This document shows, in pieces, positions 29,752-44,666 of a stretch of 64,000 bases of DNA; within the stretch, counting starts at the first letter, position 1, and the number at the start of each line of letters is the position of its first letter. The notes beneath the pieces were generated by a model. That model did not search any database, was not told where the DNA came from, and worked only from the letters and a program-made list of their open reading frames with translations. A program made the translations under genes and the position numbers. The stretch is from the NCBI RefSeq assembly GCF_009914755.1, contig NC_060935.1, one strand, 5' to 3'. The DNA comes from the human T2T-CHM13v2.0 reference genome, Homo sapiens.

Positions 29752-30290
29752 CTACCTTAAATTTGGACACCTTTCTGAGATCTAAAACTAGCACATATAA
29801 AATGATAAAAATGCATTAGAAACTGAGCAGCACAAGCTGTGGATGGTAAAACATTTCGAGAGGGAACAATTTACATTATTCCCTCTTACAATATTACATT
29901 TCTTGAACACCTAATGTATAACTATGTGCCAAGCAAGGTTGCAATTACAGGAGGAAATATGGAACAGGTGGGAAATGTTGGGATTTGAAAGGCTGTTTGA
30001 CTATAGATCTCAAAGAATGGAGCAGCAGCATGAATGAATGATTGCTTGGAAGCAAATACACTTCGAAGATCCAGTGTGCCAAAGTCAGCTAAGAGTTAAT
30101 TCCAGACCCTTAGCCTTCTAACTTGAACCAATGGCAGTGTTTTAAAGTTTATATCTTGTTCTGTAGACTCTTCATACTTAATCATGCCTATATCTCTGGC
30201 ATTATTTTCTTCCAGAACAATCACTCCATGTCCCTCTTTGGTTTCCTGATGGTCTCCAGCACTAAGTATAACTACTAGTCTGGCACCTGA

Positions 30291-30662
<372 letters not shown>

Positions 30663-30880
30663 ATCTCTTTCTTATATCTACAGGTCTGAGTTCTGTTTCA
30701 GAGCATTCCAGCCCTCCCTAGCTAGGATCAGGGCTTTGTTTTAACTGATTATCTGCCAACAGTGATCTGTCTCCCAATTTGCTATTGTCAGCACTACCCT
30801 TTCTTCAAACCACAGTTTAAATGACACCTATTCTAAGAGGTCTTCTCAAGTAGTCTTATAATGGAGTGAAACCCATTATC

Positions 30881-31058
30881 CTGATCTTAGTGGTATTTAA
30901 ACTGAACACATGAAAGCCAAGACTTTCTACTCTTTCATGCCTTCATAAAAATATTTGTTGAATAAATCAAGTCAAGTTGAATAGACTGAACTCATATCAA
31001 ACAGAATTGAATTGAATTGAAACAAAATGGTTCTTTTAATACTTGAGCGCTAGATAGG
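30881..31058 (+). repeat. 178-bp dispersed direct repeat, copy 1 (overlaps an L2-like 3' end)
   Basis: Aligns ungapped to 34114-34291 with 8 mismatches. Confidence 0.95.
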
Positions 31059-31862
31059 CAATAGGGAAAACAGTTTATTTCTTTGTATATTTTTCAGATT
31101 ACCTCGCAGTATGTATCTCTAATAGATGAGCTGCACAGAATATTACACATAATCAGTAGAAAAGTCTGAGACGATTCAGGTTTAGCCACATTCAGGTACA
31201 GATAATAACTCTCAAGTGAGTGTCATCTTTGATTAAGAGACAGCAGAATTCTTTAACTCTATACTAAAAAATAGAATATATTTAAAGCTAAGCTAAACAG
31301 GCTGTTTTTAATGGGCCAACTTGTATTTAAAATTAATTGGATATTGAAAATCCCAGCTTAAGTTTAATATGTATCTTTTCGTGGAAATCCCAAAATAAAG
31401 CTGCTCACTCTTTTTTAAAAAATGACAAAACTATACATTTCCTGTACCTTGGATTTTAGCAATCCTCATTCTAGCAATAAAGCCTTATTTTGAACATTTT
31501 CTTCCTCTATTTAGCTTATAGACAATGCTGTTCTTTCTTCTGTAATCTACTTAAGCATGCCACCATTTAGTACATTCATCACTACTTAATACCTGGCCAT
31601 CATGGGGGCAAGGAATATTTGCAAAGACATTTTAAATAGAAAATAATGAGATAGTTGGATTTAAAAGGTTGTTCAAATGCTTTGAAATTCAAAGATTGTA
31701 TGATATATCATCTTGGTTTATTTGTAAACCAAAGCAAAACAATAGAATCCTCATGCCACAGACGTCATTAATACATTGTTTATTCTGGTCCAACTTTCAT
31801 TTATAAATTTTAACTTGCAACAACAGAGTGAAAATAAGCCCTATCACAATTAAAAAGAATAG

Positions 31863-33248
31863 TGTGTCCGGAATTGGTGGGTTCTTGGTCTCACTGACTT
31901 CAAGAATGAAGCCGTGGACCCTCGTGGTGAGTGTTACAGTTCTTAAAGGTGGCGTGTCCGGAGTTTGTTCCCTCTGATGTTTGGATGTGTTCAGAGTTTC
32001 TTCCTTCTGGTGGGTTCGTGGTCTCGCTGGCCTCAGGAGTGAAGCTGCAGACCTTCCCGTGAGTGTTACAGCTCATAAAGGCAGTGCGGAACCAAAGAGT
32101 GAGCAGCAGCAAGATTTATTGCAAAGAGCAAAAGAACAAAGCTTCCACAGTGTGGAAGGGGACCCCAGCGGGTTGCCACTGCTGGTTCAGGCAGCCTGCT
32201 TTTATTCCCTTATCTGGCCCTACCCACATCCTGCTGATCTGTCCATTTTACAGAGAGCTGATTGGTCTGTTTTGACAGGGTGCTGATTGGTGCGTTTACA
32301 ATCCCTGAGCTAGACACAAAAGTTCTCCAAGTCCCCACTAGATTAGCTAGACATGGAGCACTGATTGGTGCATTTACAAACCTTGAGCTAGACACAGGGT
32401 GCTGATTGGTGCATTTAGAAACCTTGGGCTAAACACAGAGTGCTGATTGGTGTATTTACAATCCCTTAGCTAGACACAAAAGTTATCCAAGTCCCCACTA
32501 GATTAGCTACACACAGAGCACTGATTGGTGCATTTACAAACCTTGAGCTAGACACAGAGTGCTGATTGGTGTATTTACAATCCCTTAGCTAGACATAAAG
32601 GTTCTCCAAGTCCCCACAAGACTCAGGAGCCCAGCTGGCTTCAGCTAGTGGATCCTGCACTGGGACCACAGGTGGAGCTGCCTGCCAGTCCCACACCGTG
32701 TGCCCACACTTCTCAGCCCTTGGGTGGTCGATGGGACCGGGTACCACGGAGCAGGGGGCAGCACTCCTTGGGGAGGCTTGGGCGGCACAGGAGCCCACGG
32801 CGTCCAGGGGAGGTTCAGGCATGGCAGGCTGGGGAGGCAGCTGAGGCCTCGCAAGAATTTGAGTGCAGCGCCAGTGGGCCGGCACTGCTGGGGGACCTGG
32901 CGCACCCTCCGCAGCTTCTGGTCCGGGTGCTAAGCCCCTCACTGCCCAGGGCCAGCGGTGCCAGCCAGCCGCTCCAAGTGCAGGGCCTGCCAAGGCCACG
33001 CCCACCCAGAACTCCCCCTGGCCCGCAAGCACCACGCGCAGTCCCAGTTCCTGCCCACGCCTCTCCCTCCACACCTCCCCGCAAGCAGAGGGAGATGGCC
33101 CCGGCCTCGGCCAGCCCAGAGAGGGGCCCCCACAGCTCAGTGGCGGGCTGAAGGGCTCCTCGAGCATGGGCAGAGTGGGCACCAAGGTCAAGGAGGTGCT
33201 GAGAGCGAGCAAGGGCTGCGAGGGCTGCCAGCACGCTGTCACCTCTCA
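31863..33248 (-). mobile_element. Solo LTR12-family (HERV9) LTR
   Basis: Minus strand starts tgagaggtgacagcgtgctggcag and ends ccaccaattccggacaca; GC-rich U3, ~40-bp CCAAT repeats; near-TSD atag/gtag. Confidence 0.97.
32170..32600 (-). promoter_or_regulatory. LTR12 U3 promoter/enhancer: NF-Y CCAAT array and AATAAA-type TATA element
   Basis: Seven attgg (minus-strand CCAAT) at 32261, 32286, 32364, 32405, 32446, 32524, 32565; ttttatt (minus aataaaa) at 32200-32206. Confidence 0.75.
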
Positions 33249-33368
33249 GTAGTATGTGTGAATCAATAAAGCAAATAATATTTGCTCAGCATTTTTGTAC
33301 AGATGTCTTTCCAAAAGCCAGGCTCTCTTTCCCACCCCCCTTTGCTCACTTGAAAGACAGACACACAG

Positions 33369-33580
33369 AGATATATATAGTATCTATCTATATATATATA
33401 TAGTATCTATATATATAGTATCTATATATAGTATCTATATATAGTATCTATATATATAGTATCTATATATATAGTATCTATATATATAGTATCTATATAT
33501 ATAGTATCTATATATATGTGTGTGTATATATGTATATACACACACACACATATAGATAGAAGATAGGTAGATAGATACCA
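33369..33580. repeat. AT-rich compound minisatellite ((TA)nGTATC)n followed by TG/CA and TAGA repeats
   Basis: Repeated tatatatagtatc units. Confidence 0.92.
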
Positions 33581-33794
33581 CAATAGCATGTTGACAAAAA
33601 TAAAATAAATAGTATTTTAACAGTGAGAAGGAACTTCAGTTAGTATTCTAAGAACCCTAGTTTAATCTCTAAATTTTATAAAATGAAATTTATAGTGAGA
33701 AAGGATAAAAGACAGGGTACCTCTAATAACTCCTTGTTTTTGTTTGTTTTATCTGCTACACTTTGTAGTGTTTATTATATTCCATAATGCCTTT

Positions 33795-33930
33795 GTCTAA
33801 GGGTTTTCCTCACATTACCTGAATTGACTGTCACAAAAATCCTGAGATTATTATCCTCATTAATCAGATTAGAAAGTTGAGGTTTAAAAAGTCAGTTAAT
33901 TTGCCCAAGTTCCTGCAAATACTGATAACA
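33795..33930 (-). mobile_element. MIR SINE
   Basis: attattatcctcattaatcagattagaaagttgaggttt...aatttgcccaag. Confidence 0.65.
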
Positions 33931-34113
33931 TACACAATATGACACCAAAGCTAAGATCCTTTCTATCCCATCATTAGCAGAATTAGATATCCTAAGCCTC
34001 CTGACTGTACATCTCTAGCCTTTGTACAAGTGTTAGAAGCTTCTGCATGTAGAAAGATTCATTCCATTGCTACTTGGCTGTTTATCATTTCTAGTATTTC
34101 AGATTCTTATGAT

Positions 34114-34291
34114 CTGATCTTAGTGGTATTTAAATTGAACACATGAAAGCCAAGACTTTCTACTCTTTCATGACTTCACAAAAATATTTGTTGAATAAAT
34201 CATGTCAAGTTGAATAGACTCAACTCATATCAAACAAAATTGAATTGAAATGAAACAAAATGGTTCTTTTAATACTTGAGCACTAGATAGG
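34114..34291 (+). repeat. 178-bp dispersed direct repeat, copy 2
   Basis: Matches 30881-31058 at 170/178 positions. Confidence 0.95.
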
Positions 34292-34298
34292 AAAGCCT

Positions 34299-34383
34299 TG
34301 CCCTCCCCTCCCCTCCCCTTCCCTTCTCTTCCCTTCCTTTTCTTCCCTTCCCTTCCCTTCCCCCTTGCTTCCTTCCTTCTTTC
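34299..34383. repeat. CT-rich (CCCCT/CCCTT)n tract
   Basis: ccctcccctcccctccccttcccttc... Confidence 0.9.
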
Positions 34384-34533
34384 ACATGTAAGCACCCACC
34401 CACCTATCTACCAATTGATCTATCCAGCTATCTATTTTATTGAGAAATTGCTGTTCTCATCATATTTTAACTGATTGTTAGATATTTTTAAATCATTGAA
34501 TCAGATAATTCTAGAGGTTCATCTTCATCATAT

Positions 34534-34970
34534 TGAAACTGATTCAATAGTCCCATTGATTGTGATAAACATATACATTGATCCTTCTGGTCATAAAGGT
34601 TGAAGATTGTATTTTTTTTCTGAGTTTCTTCCTCAGGAAACAACCTTCAGTCTTCTCAAAAAAAAAAAGTCTCAAAGAACTGAAACTCACCATATCAGAG
34701 CACCTATAAGAGGTCAGAACCCGTCATTCATCATGATTGCTTCCTTGCTCCTCCCTAGTACTTATTTTTTTAACATTGTTACATTTTTGTCCTGCTATAT
34801 AAACCCCTGGTTTTAGTGGGTCACGAAATGGATTTGAGACTGAGCTCCCATCTTCTCAGCTGCAGCACCTGCTTAAAGCCTTCTTCCTTGACAATACTCA
34901 TTTTCTGTCATTGGTTTTCTGTGTTGGCAAGCAACAAGACCTAGACCGAACGCCTGGTGTTTCAGTAGCA
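34534..34970 (+). mobile_element. ERV1 solo LTR (LTR26-like)
   Basis: TG...CA termini; tgaaactgattcaatagtccca start, tatataaacccc TATA, gacctagaccgaacgcctggtgtttcagtagca end; near-TSD atat/gtat. Confidence 0.7.
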
Positions 34971-35738
34971 GTATCATGAATGAGGCACTGAGATTTTCTA
35001 CTTTTTAAAATTCAGAAACACAACCTAAACTTGTCTGTGTTATTTGTGTCCCTTCTCTACAATTTGGCTTGTGCAAAAATGCCTAAGGGAAACCTTTATT
35101 TATTACATTCAATCTTATTTAAATTGTTTCCTTACTATGAATACTTACTTCCAAATATCATGATAAAAAGAAGAACTTGAGCTTTATAGTAGACCTTAAC
35201 AGGATATTTTGTTTCATCATTTCTCTTCAATTCTAAATACTGTAAATACTTAGAAATTCTAGCCTCTGTGTGTGCATATGTGTGTATGCAGTTACGTACA
35301 TGCAGCTATGAATACTATTTGGTCAATATCTTAAAAGTAATTTTAAATATTTATATTTGTACAATCCAGAGTTCTTTTCATTAAATATATCCCTCTTGGG
35401 TCTTTTGTTGAGAGGGTAGGGCCCCAAGCCAAGGTGCAGAAGTTTCAATCTGCAACCTTCTTTTCTCAGAACACTGAATCCTAGGGAAAATAAGTGTAGC
35501 ATTCGAGCCACTCAAGAGCATCCATGCAGCTACATCTCTCCCTACTCTCTCAAATATTTTAAGGAGTCAATATTTAAAGGCTCCCTCAGAGTTCGATGAA
35601 AACTCATTATTTGGGTTGTTGCCAGTTCTTCCTTATTTTCTCAGGTTACTCATGTTCATGAGTCCTTTATTGCCTGCCAAGATAATGTAGGATTTAGTTA
35701 CTACCAATGTCCAATAAAGGCACTGGCTTCCCCCGTGG

Positions 35739-35913
35739 AACAGTGTCTGAGGTTAAGTGCAGTGACCTCTGCCCTGGAGGCACATGAGGACACTGGGGGT
35801 GCACTGCCACTGCTGGCATTAGTGCTGACACAGATGCCAGCACTTCCACCCTATTTTTTTCTTGATGTGCTCCCACCACCATTAACAGCATCTCTGATGC
35901 CACAGACACTGTT
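35739..35913. other. Degenerate fold-back (MITE-like) element
   Basis: Concentric inverted repeats aacagtgtctg/cagacactgtt, gcacat/atgtgc and tgctggcat/atgccagca, all centred near 35826. Confidence 0.55.
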
Positions 35914-36011
35914 GTGATAAAACAGTGGTGGTCATACATTGAAAACAGGAAAATTCATGAAATGAATTTTTTTTTTAATTCCAGGGTTTTATGTAGGATT
36001 TTATTAACCAT

Positions 36012-36436
36012 TTGAGGCAGGGAACCTAAGGACTTCCTAGAACTAAAAGGGAAACACTTCAGCTATGACAGGAAATATCGTCTTTATTTACATAGAGCGT
36101 ACACCAAGTAAATGGCTTTGTAACTTTACTTTATCTTCTTTATTTACATAGGATGTACACCAAGTAAATCACTTCGTAACTTCATTTTAGCCTCTTCACT
36201 TACATAGAGCATATGCCAATTAACCAATGGAACCTTCTAGAAGGTATTTAAATCCCAGAAAATTCTGTAACAAGGTTGTTGAGCCACTTGCTCAGGCTGG
36301 CTCCCACCCTGTGCAGTGTGCTTTCATTTTCAATAAGTCTGTTTTTTTCACTTCATTCTTTCCTTGCCTTGTTTGTGTGTTTTGTTCAATTCTTTGTTTA
36401 AAGCGCCAAGAACCTGGACAGCCTCCATTGGTAACA
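36012..36436 (+). mobile_element. MER61-like ERV1 solo LTR
   Basis: tgaggcagggaacctaagg..cttcagctatgacaggaaatatc..gtacaccaagtaa repeats..gccaagaacctggaca..ggtaaca. Confidence 0.8.
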
Positions 36437-36982
36437 TTTTTATACGTAAAAGACTTTAGGCCATTAGGGTTGGTGTATAGGGCCAACCTAGAGGCAGATA
36501 GTTGAATTGAACTGGTTAAGCTCAATTTCCTTAGAAATTTGTCTCCAAAAGGCCCCCTAGTCTCCATACTGACACCTTCTAGGCATCTTTGCTACATTGG
36601 ATGTTCATGTCTAACACATTTCCTCAGTTAAATATAATTAGGGTTGAGTCTGAAATACAAATAAGTATGTTATAGATGAAAACAGTCAGTGGAAAAGACA
36701 CAGACTATTAAGACTCTAGTGAACATGTAAAAACCATTTTTAAAGTCAATACTTAATAAAATATTTTTCTACTTTTGAATTACTTTTGAAAAAATATTAA
36801 ATATCTAACTTCCTACTCAGGGTCAAAATAAAAATAATCATAAATAGAATAAGTATTAAACACACCCAGATATTGAAACTGAACACAATTAACATTGCTC
36901 CAGAAATGCCAGAAAGATTTAATATTAGTGAATTGATGCTTATGCAATGTCTAGCTCATATTAAGCACTCAAAATATACTGA

Positions 36983-37306
<324 letters not shown>

Positions 37307-37334
37307 CATGTTATCTTCATTTCTGAATATACTA

Positions 37335-38277
<943 letters not shown>

Positions 38278-39621
38278 TAAATTTGTTAAACTTATCAAGA
38301 TAAATCCCCATGAATTTGTGAGATATTTTCCAATCAGTATTCATAAGGAGAGTCTTACATTATATACATTTGAAAAATATAAATACAGTTACAATTTATA
38401 AAGTAATAAATCACTGACAAAGTATAGAAGCATGTTGGGAGTATTCACCTGAACAGATTTTGAGGGATGCACACATACCTACAGGTATGAGTGTGTATGT
38501 AGACAATGTCACTTAACTTTTAAAAAATATGAATAACATAACTGTTACACATAACACACAAAAATTAATTCTTAATTATATGTATTGAATTTAAAAAGAA
38601 AGACTGAAATATACAGTTGTTAGGGTGTCAGCAGAAAAGAAATGCATCCACAGCTTAGGACAATTTGATGATATTTTAACAGAAGTACATTTTTACAAAG
38701 ATTTGGGATAAGCATACAGACATTCTAAGGGTTAACAATGTATCATTGGAACTAATAAGTGACAAGAGGATACAGAAATTACAGATACCCTGTGAAGTTC
38801 AGAGGGTGAATGGTCCACAATAGTACCATCACTCATCACTTCTGGTACATACTGCAAGGTTAAAGGGTTCCCAAACCAACCTTAGGTTTGAACATTCGTT
38901 CATAAGATTCACAGATTCACTACAAATTGTCATACTCACAGTTGATCATTTATTACCGCTAAATAATACAATTAAAATTAGCCAATTTATTGCTGAATGA
39001 AGCAAAATACGGCAAGAAACAACTCAAAGATTTATCATTCTACCTTTTCCCAAACCACATGTTTCAGTGACTCAGGAATTTTCTATTGAGTCACACTTTG
39101 GATGCCAACTGCACAAGTAGCTAACTGAAAATTAGAGAACAGTTCACAAGACCAGCCTCACTTTTAACAGCAATTACAAGTTTAGAGGTTCCCAAAACCC
39201 ACCCTCAGTTTCAATAACATTCTAGAAGCTGTTATATTAACATTTATGCTTGGAAAAAAATACAATTCAAAAACTGAAAGTATGCAAATTAAAATCAATC
39301 ATGAGAAAGAAATGTATTGGGCCCAGTATAAGAGAATGCTAAACAGGATCTTTCAGTTGTCCTTTCCCCATGGAGACAAGAGCAGCATTAATTCCTCCTG
39401 GAAATGGCATATGATAATATGCAAGGGGTATTGCCAACTATGGAAGCTCATCCAAGTTTTGGTGTCCAGTGACTTCACTGGGGCTCCATTATATATGCGT
39501 GACTGACTGCCCACATGGCTGATCTCAATTTCCAGCCCTTGAGGAATTTGATCTGACACTGCATTTGTATTACTCTGTTCTTACACTGCTAATAAAGACA
39601 TACCCAAGACTGAGTAATTTA

Positions 39622-40104
<483 letters not shown>

Positions 40105-42210
40105 TCATTATCATGAGAACAGCATGAGGGTAACCATCCCATGATTGAATTAACTCCCATCAGGTCCCTCCCATGACGTGGAAATAATGGGAACTACAAT
40201 TCAAGATGAGATTTGAGTGGGGACACAGCCAAATCATATTATTCTGTCCCTGGCCCCTTCTGAGACTCATGTCCTCACATTTCAAAACACAGTCGTGCTC
40301 TTCCAACACTCTCCCAACATCTTAACTTATTCCGGCATTAATTCAAAAGTCCAAGTCCAAAGTATCGTCTGAGACAATGCAAGTCCCTTCCACCTATGAG
40401 CCTGTAAAATCCAAAGCAAGTTAGTTACTTCCAAGATATAATGGGGGTACAGGCAGTGGGTAAATATACCCATTCTAAATGGGGAAATTGGTGAAAACAA
40501 AGGGGCTACAGGCTCCATGAATGTCCGGAATCCAATAGGGCAGTCACTAAATCTTAAAGTTCCCAAATGATTTCCTTTGACTCTGTCTCACATCCAGGGC
40601 ATGCTGACACAAGAGTTGGGCTCCAATGGCTGTGGGTAGCTCTGCTCTTGTGGCTTTGCAGAGTAAAGTCAACCTCCTGGCTGTTTTCACAAGCTGGCAT
40701 TGAGTGCCTATGGCTTTTTCAGGCTCATGGTCAAGCTATCAGTGGATCTGCCATTCTCAGGTCTGGAGGTCCATGGCCCTCTTCTCAGAGCTCCACTAGG
40801 CAGTGCCCCAGTGGGGAGTCTATGTAGGGGCTCTGACCCCACATTTCCCTTCTGCACTGTCCTAGCAGAGGTTCTCCATGAGGGTTCCGCCCCTGCAGCG
40901 ACTTGTGCCTGGAGATCCAGGCATTTCCATACAACCTCTGAAATCAAGGTGGAGATTCCCAAACCTCAATTCGTGATTTCTGTGCACCTGCAGGTGCAAA
41001 ACCACACAGAAGCTGCCAAAGATTGGGGCTTGCACCCTCTGAAGCAAAGGCTTGAGCTGTACATTGGCCCCTTTTAGCCATAGCTAGAGTGGCTAGGACA
41101 CAGAGCACCAAGGTCCGAAGCCGCACATAGCAGGGAGGCCCTGGATCTGGCCCAGGCAAACATTTTTTCCTTCAAGGCCTCCTGGCCTGTGATGGAAGGG
41201 CCTGCTCTCATGCCCTCTGATATGCCCTAGAGACATCTTCCCCACTGTCTTGGTGATTAACACTTGGCTCCTCACTACTTCTGCAAATTTCTGCAACTGG
41301 CTTTAATTTCTCCCTAGAAATAATGGGGTTTGCTTTTCTATCACATCACCAGGCTGCAAATTTTCCATACTTTTATGCCCTGCTTCCTGTTGAATGCTTT
41401 GCCACTTATACATTTCTTCCACCAGATACCCTAAATCATCTCTCTCAAGTTCAAAGTTCCACAGATCTCTAGGGCAGGGGCAAAATGCTGCCAGCCTCTT
41501 TGCATAGCAAGAGTGACCTTTACTCCAGTTCTCAACAAGTTCTTCATCTCCATCTGAGACCACCTCAGCCTGGACTTCATTTTCCATTTCACTATCAACA
41601 TTTTGGTCAAAGCCATTCAACGAATCTCTAGGAAGTTACAAACATTCCTACATCTTCTTGTCTTCTGAGCCCTCCAAGCCTCTAGGAAGTTCCAAACTTT
41701 CCCACATTTTCCTGTCTTCTTCTGAGCCCTCCAAACTGTTCCAACCTCTGCCTCTTACCCAGTTCCAATGTCATGTCCATATTTTTTTATATCCTTATGG
41801 CAGCACCCCACTCTACTGGTACCAATTTACTGTATTAGTCCATTGTTACACTGCTAATAAAGACATACCCAAGACTGGGTAATTTATAAAGGAAAGAGGT
41901 TTAGTTGACTTGCAGTTCAGCACAGCTGGGGAAAACTCACAGTTCAGCATGGCTGGGGAAAAGCCTCAGGAAACTTACAACCATGGTGAAAGGGGAAGCA
42001 AACATGTCCTTCCTCACATGGTGGCAGCAACGAGAAGTGCCAAGCAAAAATGAGAAAGGCCTCTTATAAAACCATCTGAACTTGTGAGAATGTACTTACT
42101 ATCTCGAGAACAGCATGAGGATAACCATCCCCATAATTAAATTACCTCTCAGCAGGTCTCTCCCACAACACTCGGGGATTATGGGAACTGCAATTTAAGA
42201 TGAGATTTGG

Positions 42211-42501
42211 AGCCAGGTGCGGTGGCTCACACCTGTAATCCCAGCACTTTGGGAGGCTGAGTCGAGTGGATCACAAGGTCAGGAGTTCAAGACCAGCCTG
42301 ACCACTATGGTGAAACCCTGTCTCTACTAAAACTACAAAAATTAGGCGGGTGCGATGGCAAGTGCCTGTAGTCCCAGCTACTCGGGAGGCTGAGAAGAAT
42401 CGCTTGAAGCCAGGAGGCAGAGGATGCAGTGGGCTGAGATCGTGCCATTGCACTCCAGCCTGGGCGACAGAGTGAGACTCTGTCTCAAAATAATAATAAT
42501 A
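42211..42501 (+). mobile_element. Alu (AluSg-like) in the right THE1 LTR
   Basis: (TAA)n tail; TSD atgagatttgg. Confidence 0.96.
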
Positions 42502-43441
42502 ATGAGATTTGGGTGGGGACACAGCCAAACCATATCAACATTACCCAAATCTCTCTCCTAAATCACATTTTACTATCTGGCTGGCCTAAGGACTCCAGGC
42601 AAACAAAGACATTCCTATCAGGCAGGGCATGCCGAGGGTTTAGGGAAGACTGCCTAGAAATCAAGAGCAAAGGTCAGACTTCTTTAGGGGCAAGGTTGGC
42701 TTTCTTTTTTTCTACACAGATCTCCAAGAAAGAAAATCTTTTAGAGACAGCTGCCATCAGAGGAGCAGTTACTTTAAGTTGAGAGAATAATAGATCACCC
42801 TGCAGAAAAGGAAACAAGGAAATACTCTAAGCTCGCTTCTCTCTCTCATTTTGTTTGGTTGAACTCACAAGGAATCAGTAAGGGAAGGTATCTGTATAAT
42901 CTGCATGTGTCAGTTTCCTGGGGAAGACAGCATAGTGGTGCAGATTCAGAGTGGCAAAGCAAGATATCCATCACATGATACTTATCATGATCTTCCCAGG
43001 TGACCTCAGGTTCCCTTATGACAGCAAGAAGCAGAGAGGGCCATTAAATCAATACCTTTTACAACTACTGATAACCTTAGAAAATTTATCAAAGCCCTCA
43101 TTCCACAGCTATAAATTTTATGCTGTCCCATTCTTAGGATCTCCTTCCATGTAATAATGTCATTCCATAGGTCAAGTCATCTATGAAAGACCTTTTCCTT
43201 TTCTATATTACCTAATATCCCATCAGGTTGAAAGAAAAATATATTCAGGACTCAAGAATTTCCAAATCACACAGTCTCAGTGCAATATCTTTTATGTCAC
43301 TATAAAATTCAAATCTTTATTTTCTCACTCTTTTATCTACTGCACAAATACTTTCCAATTTCCACTATCGATCTTTCTCCCAGGTGGAACTAGTAAGACA
43401 TGTATCTCTCCTCATCTAATTAAATTTAAAAGGGTATCATT

Positions 43442-43900
43442 TGTGATAAAATGCATTAATGGCCCCAGTTATTTTTATATCCCCCATCCATTCATTTTGT
43501 GATTTGCAGTAAGACAAGTAAAATATATTTCCTTATCCATCATTTGCATTGACCAGTGGAATGTTAGAATGATATGACCAAGTAGTTTAAAAATACATGC
43601 ATAACTGAACTTTTTCTCTGTGTCTTCTGGCATTAGCATGAGAAAACATGCCCTGGCTAGCATACCATTCCCAGGAGGAGGAAAAGAGATATACATAGCA
43701 GATCCAAACTAAGACCAGTCTATATCATCGACCCCAATATGTCCCTTAGAAGCATGAGTGGCTTCAGGTTCAATTGGCAGAGCCTCCCAGATGAGCCCAG
43801 AGTCAATTTGCCCCAAATTGACCCACAAACGAGAGCTGCAAGAGTAGCTACTATGTAGTCAGTGTTTTAAGAATGGCATTAGAAGAATGAAAAGTAATCT
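43442..43900 (+). mobile_element. Old MLT1 (H/I/J-like) LTR
   Basis: ttgaccagtggaatgttag..catgagaaaacatgccctggctag..cccagatgagcccag. Confidence 0.55.
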
Positions 43901-44294
43901 ATCATCTTGGCTCATCTTACTATTATGATCAAAAGAAGGTAAACAGTAACTTTTGTCTAATTATTTTCTGTATTTCTTCCAATGTCTCCCGCAATTCAGT
44001 GAACGAATATATTGTGTTTCCATCGAGTAAACTGAATGCAGGTCTCCCTCAAATACATTTTAGATTTCTCAGCTGATCTGTTATGCTCCATGGGAGGGAA
44101 ACATAAATTTAAAAAAGTAACTATAAGAAAACATATGTTCATAATTAACAATTATAGTAAGGAAGAATATTTCTAAGTATTATATTGAAAGCATAAATCA
44201 TTTGAAAAGATTTGGTAAAGTAAGTACTTTAAATATTAGTATATAAAAGATACAAAATGTGAATGTAAAATAAATGCAAAAGGGTTATAAACTA

Positions 44295-44666
<372 letters not shown>

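Noticed and set aside
32255-32600. Regularly spaced ~40-bp repeats superficially like a CRISPR array
   Set aside because: The intervening sequences are themselves repeats; this is the standard LTR12 enhancer array in eukaryotic DNA with no cas genes
32589-33269. Cluster of long overlapping ORFs (up to 217 aa)
   Set aside because: All lie in the GC-rich U3 of LTR12, where stop codons are scarce; open in many frames with low-complexity products
36012-36436. MER61 LTR as a p53 response element
   Set aside because: I could not find a paired RRRCWWGYYY site in this copy
41626-41755. ~63-bp tandem duplication in THE1 internal sequence
   Set aside because: As I recall, this is a common feature of THE1C/D internal sequences rather than locus-specific
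40327-41882. ORFs of 60-125 aa
   Set aside because: Decayed THE1 internal region; fragmented and on both strands
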